Positions 31,346 through 40,919 are shown, counted from the whole stretch's first letter. The stretch is 62,710 bases of DNA, filler included, from a bacterium (GCA_027063545.1; 21 parts of 21 records of this genome joined end to end with filler, not necessarily neighbours in it), one strand, 5' to 3'. Made by a program: numbers and translations. Notes: generated by a model not told the origin, from the letters alone.

Positions 31346-32107
31346 TTATAATATAATTCCTACCATTATATCAAAATAAGGTGATACACCACCTGTTTTA
31401 CTATTTGTTTCATCTGACACAACAGCATTAAAACTTGCTCCGAGATCGATAAATAATATTGGTACAGCAGGTGGGTGAAGTCTTATACCAGCAGACCCAC
31501 CTACAAAGGTAGCGCTTCTATATTCATCAATTGATGGGTTATTATCTGGAGGAGCATATAATTCTCCCCAAAAACCTAATTCTCCTATAACAGAAAACAT
31601 TTCATTCATCTTTTGTCCCATACCTAAGCCTATTGCAACTTTAGAATCTGCACCATTAAATCCTACTCTTCCTGAAATAGAAACAACACTTTTAAAATAT
31701 GATGTATTTCTAATATATTGAGTATAGAATAATCCTAACTGATTTTTTCCTGCAAGTCCAAATCCTAAAGCAACATTAGGCATAAGTCCAAACTTAAATC
31801 CTAGTCTTAAATCAGATATATGCTCAAGTATAGAAGCCTGAACCTGCCAACCACTTCCTAATCCAAATGAAATCTCATGAAGTCCGGCAACAAAGCCATA
31901 CATTGGATCAACATCTGGTAAAGCTGTATAGTAAAGATGGGTTGGAGTTGTTGAAGCTAAAGTAGTCTCAGCAGAATGATAAGTCTTTTTTGTATTAGAT
32001 GAATTTCCTTCATCATATATAACAGATGATTCCTTTGTATTACCAGCATATATTGATATATTTGCAAAAATAATTACTAGCAAAATATAAATTATAAATT
32101 TTTTCAT
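31346..32107 (-). CDS. Hypothetical exported protein (possible beta-barrel)
   Basis: Signal peptide, Gly/aromatic alternating strands, GGAGG RBS. Confidence 0.6.
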   Translation of the reverse strand: MKKFIIYILLVIIFANISIYAGNTKESSVIYDEGNSSNTKKTYHSAETTLASTTPTHLYYTALPDVDPMYGFVAGLHEISFGLGSGWQVQASILEHISDLRLGFKFGLMPNVALGFGLAGKNQLGLFYTQYIRNTSYFKSVVSISGRVGFNGADSKVAIGLGMGQKMNEMFSVIGELGFWGELYAPPDNNPSIDEYRSATFVGGSAGIRLHPPAVPILFIDLGASFNAVVSDETNSKTGGVSPYFDIMVGIIL

Positions 32108-32124
32108 ACAACCCTCCTATTATT

Positions 32125-33261
32125 TTAAAAATAATATTCTTCTATTGGTGGTATAGGTTCTATTTTTATATTATAAAACGTTAAATTTATCTCTATAGGC
32201 TTTGGTAATCTTCTACCCTGCTCATCATATAATAAATGTATAACAGGAATCTTATCTTTTCTTTCTATATTATCTCTTACTACAACTCCTTTATAATTCG
32301 AAAATCTCCCTCTATCTTCAACTTTTACCCAAATTCCCTCTGGATATATATTTAATTTAAATCTTAAGGCTTTTACTACATCTATATTAAATTCATCGGG
32401 ATTTAAGTACAAATCTCTAAGTACATCTCTTAAATTTATATAAAAATCATCATTATTACTATAATTTACATTTTTTTCGTAAAAAAATACAACTTTTATT
32501 ATTGAACTAGATAGAGTTATGGTATCCTTTTGAGGAATATTAATAAACTTTTTACTTCCATACTTAACAATCCTACCTATAATAATTGGAGAAAAAGGAA
32601 TCTTAGAGATTAAATAGTAAGAATAATCCCCTATTGCCATAGGAAAAAAATCATTCCAGTAATCGTCTAAATCTTCTATTGAAAGAATAAGTCTTCCAGA
32701 AAAGAACAATAAAGAAGCTATTAATAAAAAGGACAGCTGGGTTAAATCTAATTTAAGTCGATATCCTGTAATTACAGAAATTATAGAGATTGAGATAGAC
32801 CTCCAATAAAGGGATTCATCATATTTTCTTAAAAGTAATAAAGGATATAACAAAAGATCACCATCTCTATTTTCTAAATATATATTCCATATATTTTTTA
32901 TCTCGTCTCTTATTACTCTTGAATAAACTACTCCCTTATAATTATCACTATATATACTAAATCTTTTAAAATAGTCTTCTTTTATAATATTTTTTACTAT
33001 TTCTTTTATACATTTTTTATGGTTAATATAGTGTTTTGAATATATCTCTATTTTTTTTGTAAAAAAATCAAAATTTCTCTGTAAATCATCTTCTATAGTA
33101 TAATCTACTATAACCTCATCTATTTTTAACTTTTTTAGAATATCTATAACCTCTTTTGTTATTACAACTCCAGGGACTAATACTGCTACTCTATTTTCAT
33201 CATATATGTAGGTTGCAATTATATCCCCTTCTTTTAAATCTTCTATTTTTCTCTTTATCAT
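32125..33261 (-). CDS. HD-GYP-like protein with degenerate catalytic motifs
   Basis: Typical N-terminus (IEDLKEGDIIA..IYD) and C-terminus (IYPEG..V..GVVV), but HD is replaced by FF and there is no HHE/GYP. Confidence 0.65.
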   Translation of the reverse strand: MIKRKIEDLKEGDIIATYIYDENRVAVLVPGVVITKEVIDILKKLKIDEVIVDYTIEDDLQRNFDFFTKKIEIYSKHYINHKKCIKEIVKNIIKEDYFKRFSIYSDNYKGVVYSRVIRDEIKNIWNIYLENRDGDLLLYPLLLLRKYDESLYWRSISISIISVITGYRLKLDLTQLSFLLIASLLFFSGRLILSIEDLDDYWNDFFPMAIGDYSYYLISKIPFSPIIIGRIVKYGSKKFINIPQKDTITLSSSIIKVVFFYEKNVNYSNNDDFYINLRDVLRDLYLNPDEFNIDVVKALRFKLNIYPEGIWVKVEDRGRFSNYKGVVVRDNIERKDKIPVIHLLYDEQGRRLPKPIEINLTFYNIKIEPIPPIEEYYF

Positions 33262-34499
33262 ATAATAGTAGCCTCGTAGAATGGATATTCTAATTTATCT
33301 TTTATTTTAATATAATAAATATTATCCCTTCTTAAAAAATTTGATTTAACTTTTATATCTATAAAATTTTCTGTCTTACCAGTATAATAAACACCATGTT
33401 TTTCCTCTGGAATAAAAGAAAACTCATAATGTTTTATAGATTCTATAAAATTAATCTTCTTTCTTTTACCTAGTTCCTGAAGAATCTTTAGCCTTCTTTT
33501 TTTTTCTTCTGTTGAAATATTATCATTCATTTCATTAAATATCAAACTCCCTTTCCTATGGGAATAGGTAAAAACATGGTAATGTTCTATAGGTTGACTC
33601 TCAAAAAATCTATATATCTCCTCAAAATCCTTTTTTGTTTCTGAAGGGAAACCTACAATAATATCTGTTCCTAACATAATCTTTTCATTTATAGATTTAA
33701 TTTCATATATCAATCTTTTATAAAAATCTAAATTAAAAGGTCTTCTCATTAATCTTAATATCTTTTCACTTCCTGATTGTATTGGAATATGAAAAAAAGG
33801 ACAAAGTCTTTTATCTTCTATTGTTAATTTAGCTAGTTCTATATTAAAATCCCAAGGTTCTATTGATGATATTCTTAGTCTAAACTCTAAAGGTATATTT
33901 AAAATTTTATCCACTAATTTTACTAAATTATAACCATTATAATTATACCTAGCTATATTGGTTCCTGTTAATATTATCTCTTTTACACCATTTTCTAAAA
34001 CAAAGGTTACCTCTTCTAATATTTCATTTATATTCCTTGAAGTCTCCTTCCCTCTTAAATTAGGAATTATACAATAACTACATTTACTATTACACCCTGT
34101 CTGTATTAAGATGTTATAGCGTGTTTTAAAATCCTCTATTGAATCTTTTTTTCTATATGCTACATTTTGGATTCCTAAAATTTCATAAAATTTTGTAAAT
34201 TTATCTTTATTTTTTATTAATATTATATTCTTATTACTTTTAAAATCATCCTTTATCCCATTACCATCTATTAAGCAACCTGATACTATTATTTTAGAAT
34301 TAGGATAGTTCTTTAATAAAGTCTTTATCTTATAATTTGATTTTCTTTCGGCATTTTTTGTTACCATACATGTGTTTAATACTACAATATCTGGGTTACC
34401 AAAATCTATGATAAAATCATTTGATAGAGTATTAATCCATCTTTGAATTTCAGATATATTAGTTCTACATCCAATATTAAAAAAAGCTATTTTCTTCAT
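33258..34499 (-). CDS. mtaB: tRNA methylthiotransferase (MiaB/MtaB family), MtaB-like
   Basis: GCRTN, NTCMVT, SGC, GCNSKCSYC, RLRISSIEP, DIIVGFP. Confidence 0.85.
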   Translation of the reverse strand: MKKIAFFNIGCRTNISEIQRWINTLSNDFIIDFGNPDIVVLNTCMVTKNAERKSNYKIKTLLKNYPNSKIIVSGCLIDGNGIKDDFKSNKNIILIKNKDKFTKFYEILGIQNVAYRKKDSIEDFKTRYNILIQTGCNSKCSYCIIPNLRGKETSRNINEILEEVTFVLENGVKEIILTGTNIARYNYNGYNLVKLVDKILNIPLEFRLRISSIEPWDFNIELAKLTIEDKRLCPFFHIPIQSGSEKILRLMRRPFNLDFYKRLIYEIKSINEKIMLGTDIIVGFPSETKKDFEEIYRFFESQPIEHYHVFTYSHRKGSLIFNEMNDNISTEEKKRRLKILQELGKRKKINFIESIKHYEFSFIPEEKHGVYYTGKTENFIDIKVKSNFLRRDNIYYIKIKDKLEYPFYEATII

Positions 34500-34514
34500 A
34501 TATTATTAATAAAA

Positions 34515-35162
34515 CTAAATACTTAATAACATTTCCTTTAAGTGTTTAGGATCAAAAATAACACTATAATAATTGGAAGCTAGTTCAAAACCAGCCTCTG
34601 TATTTACTCTAAGATATATTCTAAAGAAAGGATAAAATCCCTCTATCTCTATACCTAACGGCTTATAATAGAAAACCTCATTATATGGAATATTCCATTC
34701 CAATTTTGAATAAATCCACCTTAATGAAAATATTAGATCTTCAAAATTTCTTTCTATTACTTCAAAAACTTCTCCTTTATCGTAAATTAATATCTCAATA
34801 CAAGGATACTTACAACCATAAGGTAAATAGATAAAAATTTTTCCTTGATTATATATAATTAAATCTTCTTTTTGTAAATATTCCAATCTTTTTTCTAAAT
34901 ACTCTTTATCTTCTTTTAAATGTTTTAATAATCTTTCTATAAAATTACCCCAGAAAAAACTCCCTATTATCTGTTTATGCATATGATAGATAGAAGCCCC
35001 TGCTTCTTTTAAGTGATTTTCAAAAAGGAAAATATAAGAAATATTGGTAGCATTATATAGATATTTAACATATTCAAAAGCTGTTTTGTAATAATAATAA
35101 AGCTCAATTTTTGACATAAATTTTTTGGTATAAGGAAATAATTCACCATATTTATCTTTATA
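34515..35162 (-). CDS. GalT-like HIT-superfamily nucleotidyltransferase (5'-truncated)
   Basis: FENHLKEAGASIYHMHKQI (HxHxQ), AGFELAS. Confidence 0.75.
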   Translation of the reverse strand, partial: YKDKYGELFPYTKKFMSKIELYYYYKTAFEYVKYLYNATNISYIFLFENHLKEAGASIYHMHKQIIGSFFWGNFIERLLKHLKEDKEYLEKRLEYLQKEDLIIYNQGKIFIYLPYGCKYPCIEILIYDKGEVFEVIERNFEDLIFSLRWIYSKLEWNIPYNEVFYYKPLGIEIEGFYPFFRIYLRVNTEAGFELASNYYSVIFDPKHLKEMLLSI

Positions 35163-35262
35163 NNNNNNNNNNNNNNNNNNNNNNNNNNNNNNNNNNNNNN
35201 NNNNNNTTAATTAATTAANNNNNNNNNNNNNNNNNNNNNNNNNNNNNNNNNNNNNNNNNNNN

Positions 35263-35721
35263 ATAGTTCATTCTCCAAAACTTTTAATTTTAGATGAACC
35301 TATGACTGGGCTTGATCCAATTGGAAGAAAGATTTTTAGGGATATATTTATTGAGTTAAAAAATCAAGGCACAACAATATTTTTCTCTTCACATATATTA
35401 ACTGATGTAGAATTAATTGCGGATAGAATTTTAATTTTAAATAAAGGTCAAAAAGTTTTAGAAGATTCTCTTATATCTATTTTAAATAGTAGAAAAGGGG
35501 ATTATGAAATAATTATTCAGGGAGAAGTTAAAGATTTACCTATAAAACCTAAAATATTAAATATTGAAGGAAATTTTACAAAGATTATAATAGAAGAAGA
35601 TAAAAAACAAGAGTTTTTAAAATTCTTGCTAGAAGAAGGATTGGATATTAAATCTTTAGATATAGCAAATAAAAATTTAGAAGATATATTTAGTGATATA
35701 ATAAAAGATGAAAGAAATTAA
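35263..35721 (+). CDS. ABC transporter ATP-binding protein (5'-truncated)
   Basis: LLILDEPMTGLDP (Walker B, D-loop), FFSSHIL. Confidence 0.93.
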   Translation: MVHSPKLLILDEPMTGLDPIGRKIFRDIFIELKNQGTTIFFSSHILTDVELIADRILILNKGQKVLEDSLISILNSRKGDYEIIIQGEVKDLPIKPKILNIEGNFTKIIIEEDKKQEFLKFLLEEGLDIKSLDIANKNLEDIFSDIIKDERN

Positions 35722-36493
35722 ATATTTATTAAAAATCATATTAAATACTTATAGGGAAATAATAAGAGACAGAGTACTATATAACATTCTATTTTTTGCT
35801 GTAATAATAATAGGAAGTAGTTATTTAGTATCTGAATGGGCGGCGTTAGCAAGAGAGAAGGTAATAAAAGATTTTGCTTTAGTTAATATAGAACTTTTTG
35901 GCCTTATAATAGGAGTTTTTACAGCAATTAACTTTATTTATAAAGAGATAGATAAACGAACTATTTATATAATAATTTCAAAGCCAATTCCAAGATATTT
36001 TTTTATTATAGGTAAGTATTTAGGTTTATCTTTAGTGCTATTTCTTAACACAATATTTCTCAGTCTTGTAAGTTTTATTCTTTTTGTATATTTTGGTTTT
36101 AAGTTTGATATAAATTTTTTACAAGCAGTAATTTTAATATATGTTGAGATACTTACAGTAATAGCTTTTACCACTTTATTTTCAACTTTTACAACACCTT
36201 TTTTATCTTTAGTTTATACTGTTTTAATAGTAGTTTTAGGAAAGTTATCTTATGATATTACTTTATATGCTCAGAATTTACATAAAAAAGGTCATATTTT
36301 TTATGCAAAACTACTTGATACTATTTATTATATTGTTCCAAATTTAGAGAATTTCAATATAAGAAATTTAATTGTCCATTCTATACCTGTTGATGGAGAT
36401 TATATTAAGTTTGCTCTATATTATGGATTTTTTTACATATTATTTGTGCTAACTATTGCTAGTATAATATTCTCAAGAAGAGATTTTAAATAA
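35708..36493 (+). CDS. ABC-2 type permease
   Basis: NTYREIIRDR, KEIDKRTIYIIISKPI, six TM segments, FSRRDF C-terminus. Confidence 0.9.
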   Translation: MKEIKYLLKIILNTYREIIRDRVLYNILFFAVIIIGSSYLVSEWAALAREKVIKDFALVNIELFGLIIGVFTAINFIYKEIDKRTIYIIISKPIPRYFFIIGKYLGLSLVLFLNTIFLSLVSFILFVYFGFKFDINFLQAVILIYVEILTVIAFTTLFSTFTTPFLSLVYTVLIVVLGKLSYDITLYAQNLHKKGHIFYAKLLDTIYYIVPNLENFNIRNLIVHSIPVDGDYIKFALYYGFFYILFVLTIASIIFSRRDFK

Positions 36494-36502
36494 ACTTAAA
36501 CT

Positions 36503-36927
36503 ATGAAATATATAAAATATATCTTAGTATTTTTAATTCTTGTTTTATCTCCAATAGGTTGGATAAAATCTCAAAAAAAGATAGATTCTTTATCAGAAGA
36601 TAAATTTATAGAAACAATAGTTTATATTCCATCTGGAAAATTTCTTAAAACTTTAACATTAAGTTATGGAGATGTTGTGGCTGATATTTTATGGATAAGA
36701 ACCACTCTTTATTTTGGTACCCATGTTCTTACAGATAGAGAATATAAATGGCTATATAGATTCCTAGAAAGTATTACAGATTTAGATCCTTATTTTCATT
36801 TTCCTTATATATTTGGTGGTATAGTTCTTTCTGAAGAGTTAGGACAACCAAAATTAGCTATTGATTTATTATATAAGGGATATATGTATATTGATAATGA
36901 TTGGAGGATACCCTTTTTTATAGGTTA
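36503..36927 (+). CDS. Membrane-anchored TPR-like protein associated with the ABC exporter (3'-truncated)
   Basis: VADILWIR...ITDLDPYF..PY...G...WRIPF pattern. Confidence 0.6.
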
Positions 36928-37027
36928 NNNNNNNNNNNNNNNNNNNNNNNNNNNNNNNNNNNNNNNNNNNNTTAATTAATTAANNNNNNNNNNNNNNNNN
37001 NNNNNNNNNNNNNNNNNNNNNNNNNNN

Positions 37028-37132
37028 GATGAAGAGATGACAAATTTAATTGTATATCAGCATGCTTATATAGCTTCTACAAAGGTAATATCAACAGTTG
37101 AAAAAATGTTAGATGCTCTTTTTAATATGTAA
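37028..37132 (+). CDS. flgK: Flagellar hook-associated protein FlgK, C-terminal fragment
   Basis: Own translation DEEMTNLIVYQHAYIASTKVISTVEKMLDALFNM*; precedes flgL. Confidence 0.9.
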   Translation, partial: DEEMTNLIVYQHAYIASTKVISTVEKMLDALFNM

Positions 37133-37148
37133 TTTTTTTTAATAATAC

Positions 37149-37175
37149 TAAAAAAAAAATTTTATTATCCGATTT
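37149..37175 (+). promoter_or_regulatory. sigma28 (FliA)-like promoter upstream of flgL
   Basis: TAAA-N15-TCCGATTT versus consensus TAAA-N15-GCCGATAA. Confidence 0.5.
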
Positions 37176-37214
37176 AAAAATATAGGAAGGAAGTAAGTAG
37201 CAAGGAGGCTAAAG

Positions 37215-38363
37215 ATGTCCTTAGGTGTAAGAATAACATATAAAGGTAAAAGTAACCATATCCTATTTAATCTTCAAAGAAGTTATGCTAAAATGTTAGC
37301 AGATCAAATGAAATTATCTGATGGTAAAAAGATTCATCGTCCTTCAGATAGTCCGATAGATGTAACTAATGCTTTAAAGATAAGAACAAAAAAGTCACAA
37401 ATAGAACAATTTAAAAGAAATATAGAAGATGGAAAGGCTTTTATGATGAATTATGATACTGTTTTACAATCTACAGTTAATAGTTTACAAAGAGCAAGAG
37501 AATTAGCTATTCAAGGTAGAAATGATACATATGATGCAACAACAAGAAGATATTTAGGCCAAGAGGTTGCACAAATAATAAGAGGAATAGTACAATTTGC
37601 TAATACTACATATAAAGGTAATTATATATTTAATGGAACTATGACAGATGAGCCTCCATATATATTAAGAAGTGAACAAGAGGATATGACTATAACAGCT
37701 TCTGATGTGGGGACACCTTTACAAATAGGGGCATCTTTAGAACCGCCAACAGAAAATATTATTCCTACAAGTGTAAAGGTTACCAATAGTACAGGAAGTG
37801 TGATTTATCAAGAAGGTGTTGATTATAAAATAGATTATAAAAATGGGACAATTACCATATTATCAGGAGGAGCAATAGCATCTTCTACACCAACAGATAT
37901 CACTATTTTCTATGAGAATATAAATAAAAATCCTAAATCAAGTAGGGATCATATATATAGACAAATTGGAGAAAATGAAATAATTCCTATTAACTTAACT
38001 ACACATGAAGTTTTCGAAAATACAGCTCATGGTACAGATATTTTTGATTCGTTAATAACACTAGCAGAAGGTTTAGTTGAAAATAATGTAAATGATATAG
38101 AGACTTCTATTGACAAAATTGATATTATTCAACAACAAGTAGTTTCTGCATCTGCTAAGAATGGTGCAAGAATAAATAGAATAGAAAATGCTTTATTTGA
38201 TATTAAAAAAGAGAATCAATATGTAACAGATTTAATGTCTCAATTTGAAGATATTGATTTTGCAGAGGTTATTAGTGATTTTCATTTACAAGAGAATTTG
38301 TTTAATGCCTCATTACAAGTAGCTTCTAAAATACTACAACCATTTTTAGGAGATTATCTATAA
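37215..38363 (+). CDS. flgL: Flagellar hook-associated protein FlgL
   Basis: Flagellin-like termini (LSDGKKIHRPSDSP, GNYIFNG, EDIDFAE, ASLQVASKILQ), downstream of flgK. Confidence 0.92.
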   Translation: MSLGVRITYKGKSNHILFNLQRSYAKMLADQMKLSDGKKIHRPSDSPIDVTNALKIRTKKSQIEQFKRNIEDGKAFMMNYDTVLQSTVNSLQRARELAIQGRNDTYDATTRRYLGQEVAQIIRGIVQFANTTYKGNYIFNGTMTDEPPYILRSEQEDMTITASDVGTPLQIGASLEPPTENIIPTSVKVTNSTGSVIYQEGVDYKIDYKNGTITILSGGAIASSTPTDITIFYENINKNPKSSRDHIYRQIGENEIIPINLTTHEVFENTAHGTDIFDSLITLAEGLVENNVNDIETSIDKIDIIQQQVVSASAKNGARINRIENALFDIKKENQYVTDLMSQFEDIDFAEVISDFHLQENLFNASLQVASKILQPFLGDYL

Positions 38364-38587
38364 TATTTTTTTATCTATATTTTTTTATCTATCTTTATTC
38401 ATTTTTCAACAATGTTTCAATTTTAATCATTTTTTTGTTTTATTTCTGTTTCTCTTGTTATTGTTTGTTTATTTTATAATTTATTAATTTTATTATAAAT
38501 ATGATAGAAATATTTTTTGGCATTATTATTGTTATAAAATATTATACTAAACAAAAAATGATCAAAAACTAAAAAGGAGGCAGAGGG

Positions 38588-38689
38588 ATGAAGATAAGAC
38601 CAATAGGTGATAGGGTAGTGGTTGAACCTTTAGAAGAAGAACAAAAGACACCAAGTGGTATCTACATACCTGATACAGCTAAAGAAAAA
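38588..38689 (+). CDS. groES: Co-chaperonin GroES (3'-truncated)
   Basis: Own translation [43 protein letters not shown]. Confidence 0.95.
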
Positions 38690-38791
38690 NNNNNNNNNNN
38701 NNNNNNNNNNNNNNNNNNNNNNNNNNNNNNNNNTTAATTAATTAANNNNNNNNNNNNNNNNNNNNNNNNNNNNNNNNNNNNNNNNNNNNCA

Positions 38792-38947
38792 ATACCTTTT
38801 ACTCGTGCAGTCCAGACAGCAGAAAATGAAATCGTATCTATTATAGATTTGCCGAAAGCAGGAGGGCTTAAAAAGCATACTTATTCTAAAATTGCAAAGA
38901 ATTTTGAAGAATTAATGGAGATTATAAAAAATAAAATTAAAGAGTAA
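38792..38947 (+). CDS. Probable ParA-family ATPase, C-terminal fragment
   Basis: Own translation IPFTRAVQTAENEIVSI...KNFEELMEII*; resembles ParA C-termini and precedes an RHH gene. No Walker A motif is visible because of truncation. Confidence 0.5.
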   Translation: MPFTRAVQTAENEIVSIIDLPKAGGLKKHTYSKIAKNFEELMEIIKNKIKE

Positions 38948-38980
38948 TTATCTTATGTTAAGTAAATTAAGGAGGTTATT

Positions 38981-39232
38981 TTGGGTAAATTCGATAAAGT
39001 CAGTTTGGAATTTGAGGAGGTTGAAACTCATTCGGAATTGCAGCGTTATAAAAAGCCAGGGCGTCCAAAAGGAAGTGTTAAAAAAGGAGAGGTGCATGAT
39101 GCAAGTATTACTGTTAGTCTTGCTAAAAGTCAAAAAGAGGATTTAGAAGAATATGCAAGAAAGCATCAAAGAAGTATGAGTAGTATAATTAAAGAGCTTC
39201 TGGTAGAAGCAGGAATTATTAAGCCTGTTTAA
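38981..39232 (+). CDS. Ribbon-helix-helix (CopG/ParG-like) DNA-binding protein with an AT-hook-like motif
   Basis: KKPGRPKG followed by SITVSL-QKEDLEEYARK-RSMSSIIKELL; GGAGG RBS before TTG. Confidence 0.75.
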   Translation: MGKFDKVSLEFEEVETHSELQRYKKPGRPKGSVKKGEVHDASITVSLAKSQKEDLEEYARKHQRSMSSIIKELLVEAGIIKPV

Positions 39233-39249
39233 GAAATAATTAAGGAGGT

Positions 39250-39795
39250 TTGATGAAACGAATGATATTATTTATTGGATTGTTTTTATCCATATTGTTT
39301 GGTAAAGAGCAAGAAGGAGTTGTGTCTTATTATGCAAAACAAGCTAATTTTACTGCATGTTCTTTAACTGTTAAGTGGTTAGATAAGAGTTTAGCTAATT
39401 ATTCATTTAAAAATTGTTGGTGGATATCTAATAAAAAAAATCCTAATAAATATCCATTCTATTTAAATTTAGAAGGATTGTATAAGGATGGTAGTTATAT
39501 TTTTATTACTCTTTTTATAGAACCTAAAAATAATAATGATTGTTCCTTTTATGTTAGTAAAAAGATGATTTTTAATCAGAGTTGTATTTATTTAGCTAAT
39601 TTTTTTGCAAAAGATGGTTATGAATTTAAAGGTGTTTTAAATCAAAATATTAGTGTATTAAGTAATCCTAAAACAGGTGTTAGAATGTTTTTAAGTCCTG
39701 TTAGTGGAAACAAATGTTATATTGAAATTCAGGATGGTATGTATAGTTCTGAAAGTTTTTTGAGAAAAAATAAGAGTTATTTGAATAATAAATAA
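39250..39795 (+). CDS. Hypothetical secreted Cys-containing protein
   Basis: Signal peptide ending ILFG, GGAGG RBS. Confidence 0.65.
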   Translation: MMKRMILFIGLFLSILFGKEQEGVVSYYAKQANFTACSLTVKWLDKSLANYSFKNCWWISNKKNPNKYPFYLNLEGLYKDGSYIFITLFIEPKNNNDCSFYVSKKMIFNQSCIYLANFFAKDGYEFKGVLNQNISVLSNPKTGVRMFLSPVSGNKCYIEIQDGMYSSESFLRKNKSYLNNK

Positions 39796-39818
39796 AGTTT
39801 AATAAAAGGATTTGAAAC

Positions 39819-40304
39819 ATGTTTGAGTATGTGAAGCTTTATTTCATATCACTTGGTTTTTCATTGATTATTGCTGTATTGATAATAGTTTTTTTGAAAA
39901 TTTTAAAGAAAGATACTGTTGATATAAGAAATTGGTTGGCTAAATATATAAATTTTAAATTAGCAGAGTGGATAGTTGTTTTTTTCCCTTGGATATTAGC
40001 TTTTATTTTGTTTTTTCCTGTAAAAAATTACCTTTATGTGCCTTCAAAAGAAGAAGTAAAGCAAATGGTATTGAAACTTTATCAAAATAGCCCTGTTTTA
40101 AAAAATAAGCAAGTTAATTTGGATAAAGTTGTAAGGGATATTAATGTTTTATATATAATTGAAAGAGATTCCAATGTCTTTGAAGCTGAAGTTACATATA
40201 AATTTTTAAATTTAGAATGTAGTGGAATATTAAGAATAGTTGAACCTAAATTAAGAAAATATGTATTTGAATTTAAAAAGAACAAATGTTATCCTAGATT
40301 TTAA
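39819..40304 (+). CDS. Hypothetical membrane protein (2 TM helices)
   Basis: Two hydrophobic segments, then a soluble domain. Confidence 0.65.
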   Translation: MFEYVKLYFISLGFSLIIAVLIIVFLKILKKDTVDIRNWLAKYINFKLAEWIVVFFPWILAFILFFPVKNYLYVPSKEEVKQMVLKLYQNSPVLKNKQVNLDKVVRDINVLYIIERDSNVFEAEVTYKFLNLECSGILRIVEPKLRKYVFEFKKNKCYPRF

Positions 40305-40313
40305 GATATTAAA

Positions 40314-40343
40314 CTCACCCTAACCCTCTCTTAAAAGAGAGGG
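40314..40343 (+). repeat. REP/BoxC-like palindromic unit or terminator
   Basis: CTCACCCTAA-CCCTCTCT-TAAA-AGAGAGGG. Confidence 0.5.
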
Positions 40344-40547
40344 AGCTTCAATATTATTTCCCAATTATAGTAATTTACTACTATATAGTAATGAAGTAGT
40401 AAAACATATCTGATAGTTCAGATTTGTCTCTGTAATCATAGACACCTNNNNNNNNNNNNNNNNNNNNNNNNNNNNNNNNNNNNNNNNNNNNTTAATTAAT
40501 TAANNNNNNNNNNNNNNNNNNNNNNNNNNNNNNNNNNNNNNNNNNNN

Positions 40548-40790
40548 TTCATCTATATCTCTTGACCCTATTGGCAAGTGTTTGGGATCTGTTTTATAAC
40601 CCTTTATTTTTCTATCAAGAACATCCCTTAAATATTCCTCAAATCTTACTTCTCTTCTTCTATAACCCGGTGTAGATACATTAGCGATGTTATTTGCTAT
40701 AACCTGGGATCTTAAATAATATGCATCTAATGCCTTTCTTAAGACAGGTATTGAAGTCTTATTGAAGATCATTTTATCTAATATTGTCAT
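40548..40790 (-). CDS. flgB: Flagellar basal-body rod protein FlgB (3'-truncated)
   Basis: ALDAYYLRSQVIANNIANVSTPGY..EVRFEEYL...TDPKHL. Confidence 0.95.
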
Positions 40791-40834
40791 ATTTCCCTCC
40801 CTTTCTCTTTTTTTACCTTTTCTATTAATTTTTT

Positions 40835-40851
40835 TGCAATAAATATGCCAA
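40835..40851 (-). promoter_or_regulatory. sigma54 (-24/-12) promoter upstream of flgB
   Basis: Minus strand TTGGCATATTTATTGCA, near-consensus, 45 nt upstream of the start codon. Confidence 0.8.
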
Positions 40852-40919
40852 AAAATAATATGATGATATATATCTTTGATATTTAGAAACTAATAAAATA
40901 AGATTAAAATAAGATTATA

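Noticed and set aside
38364-38587. CIRCE element upstream of groES
   Set aside because: No TTAGCACTC-N9-GAGTGCTAA inverted repeat is present.
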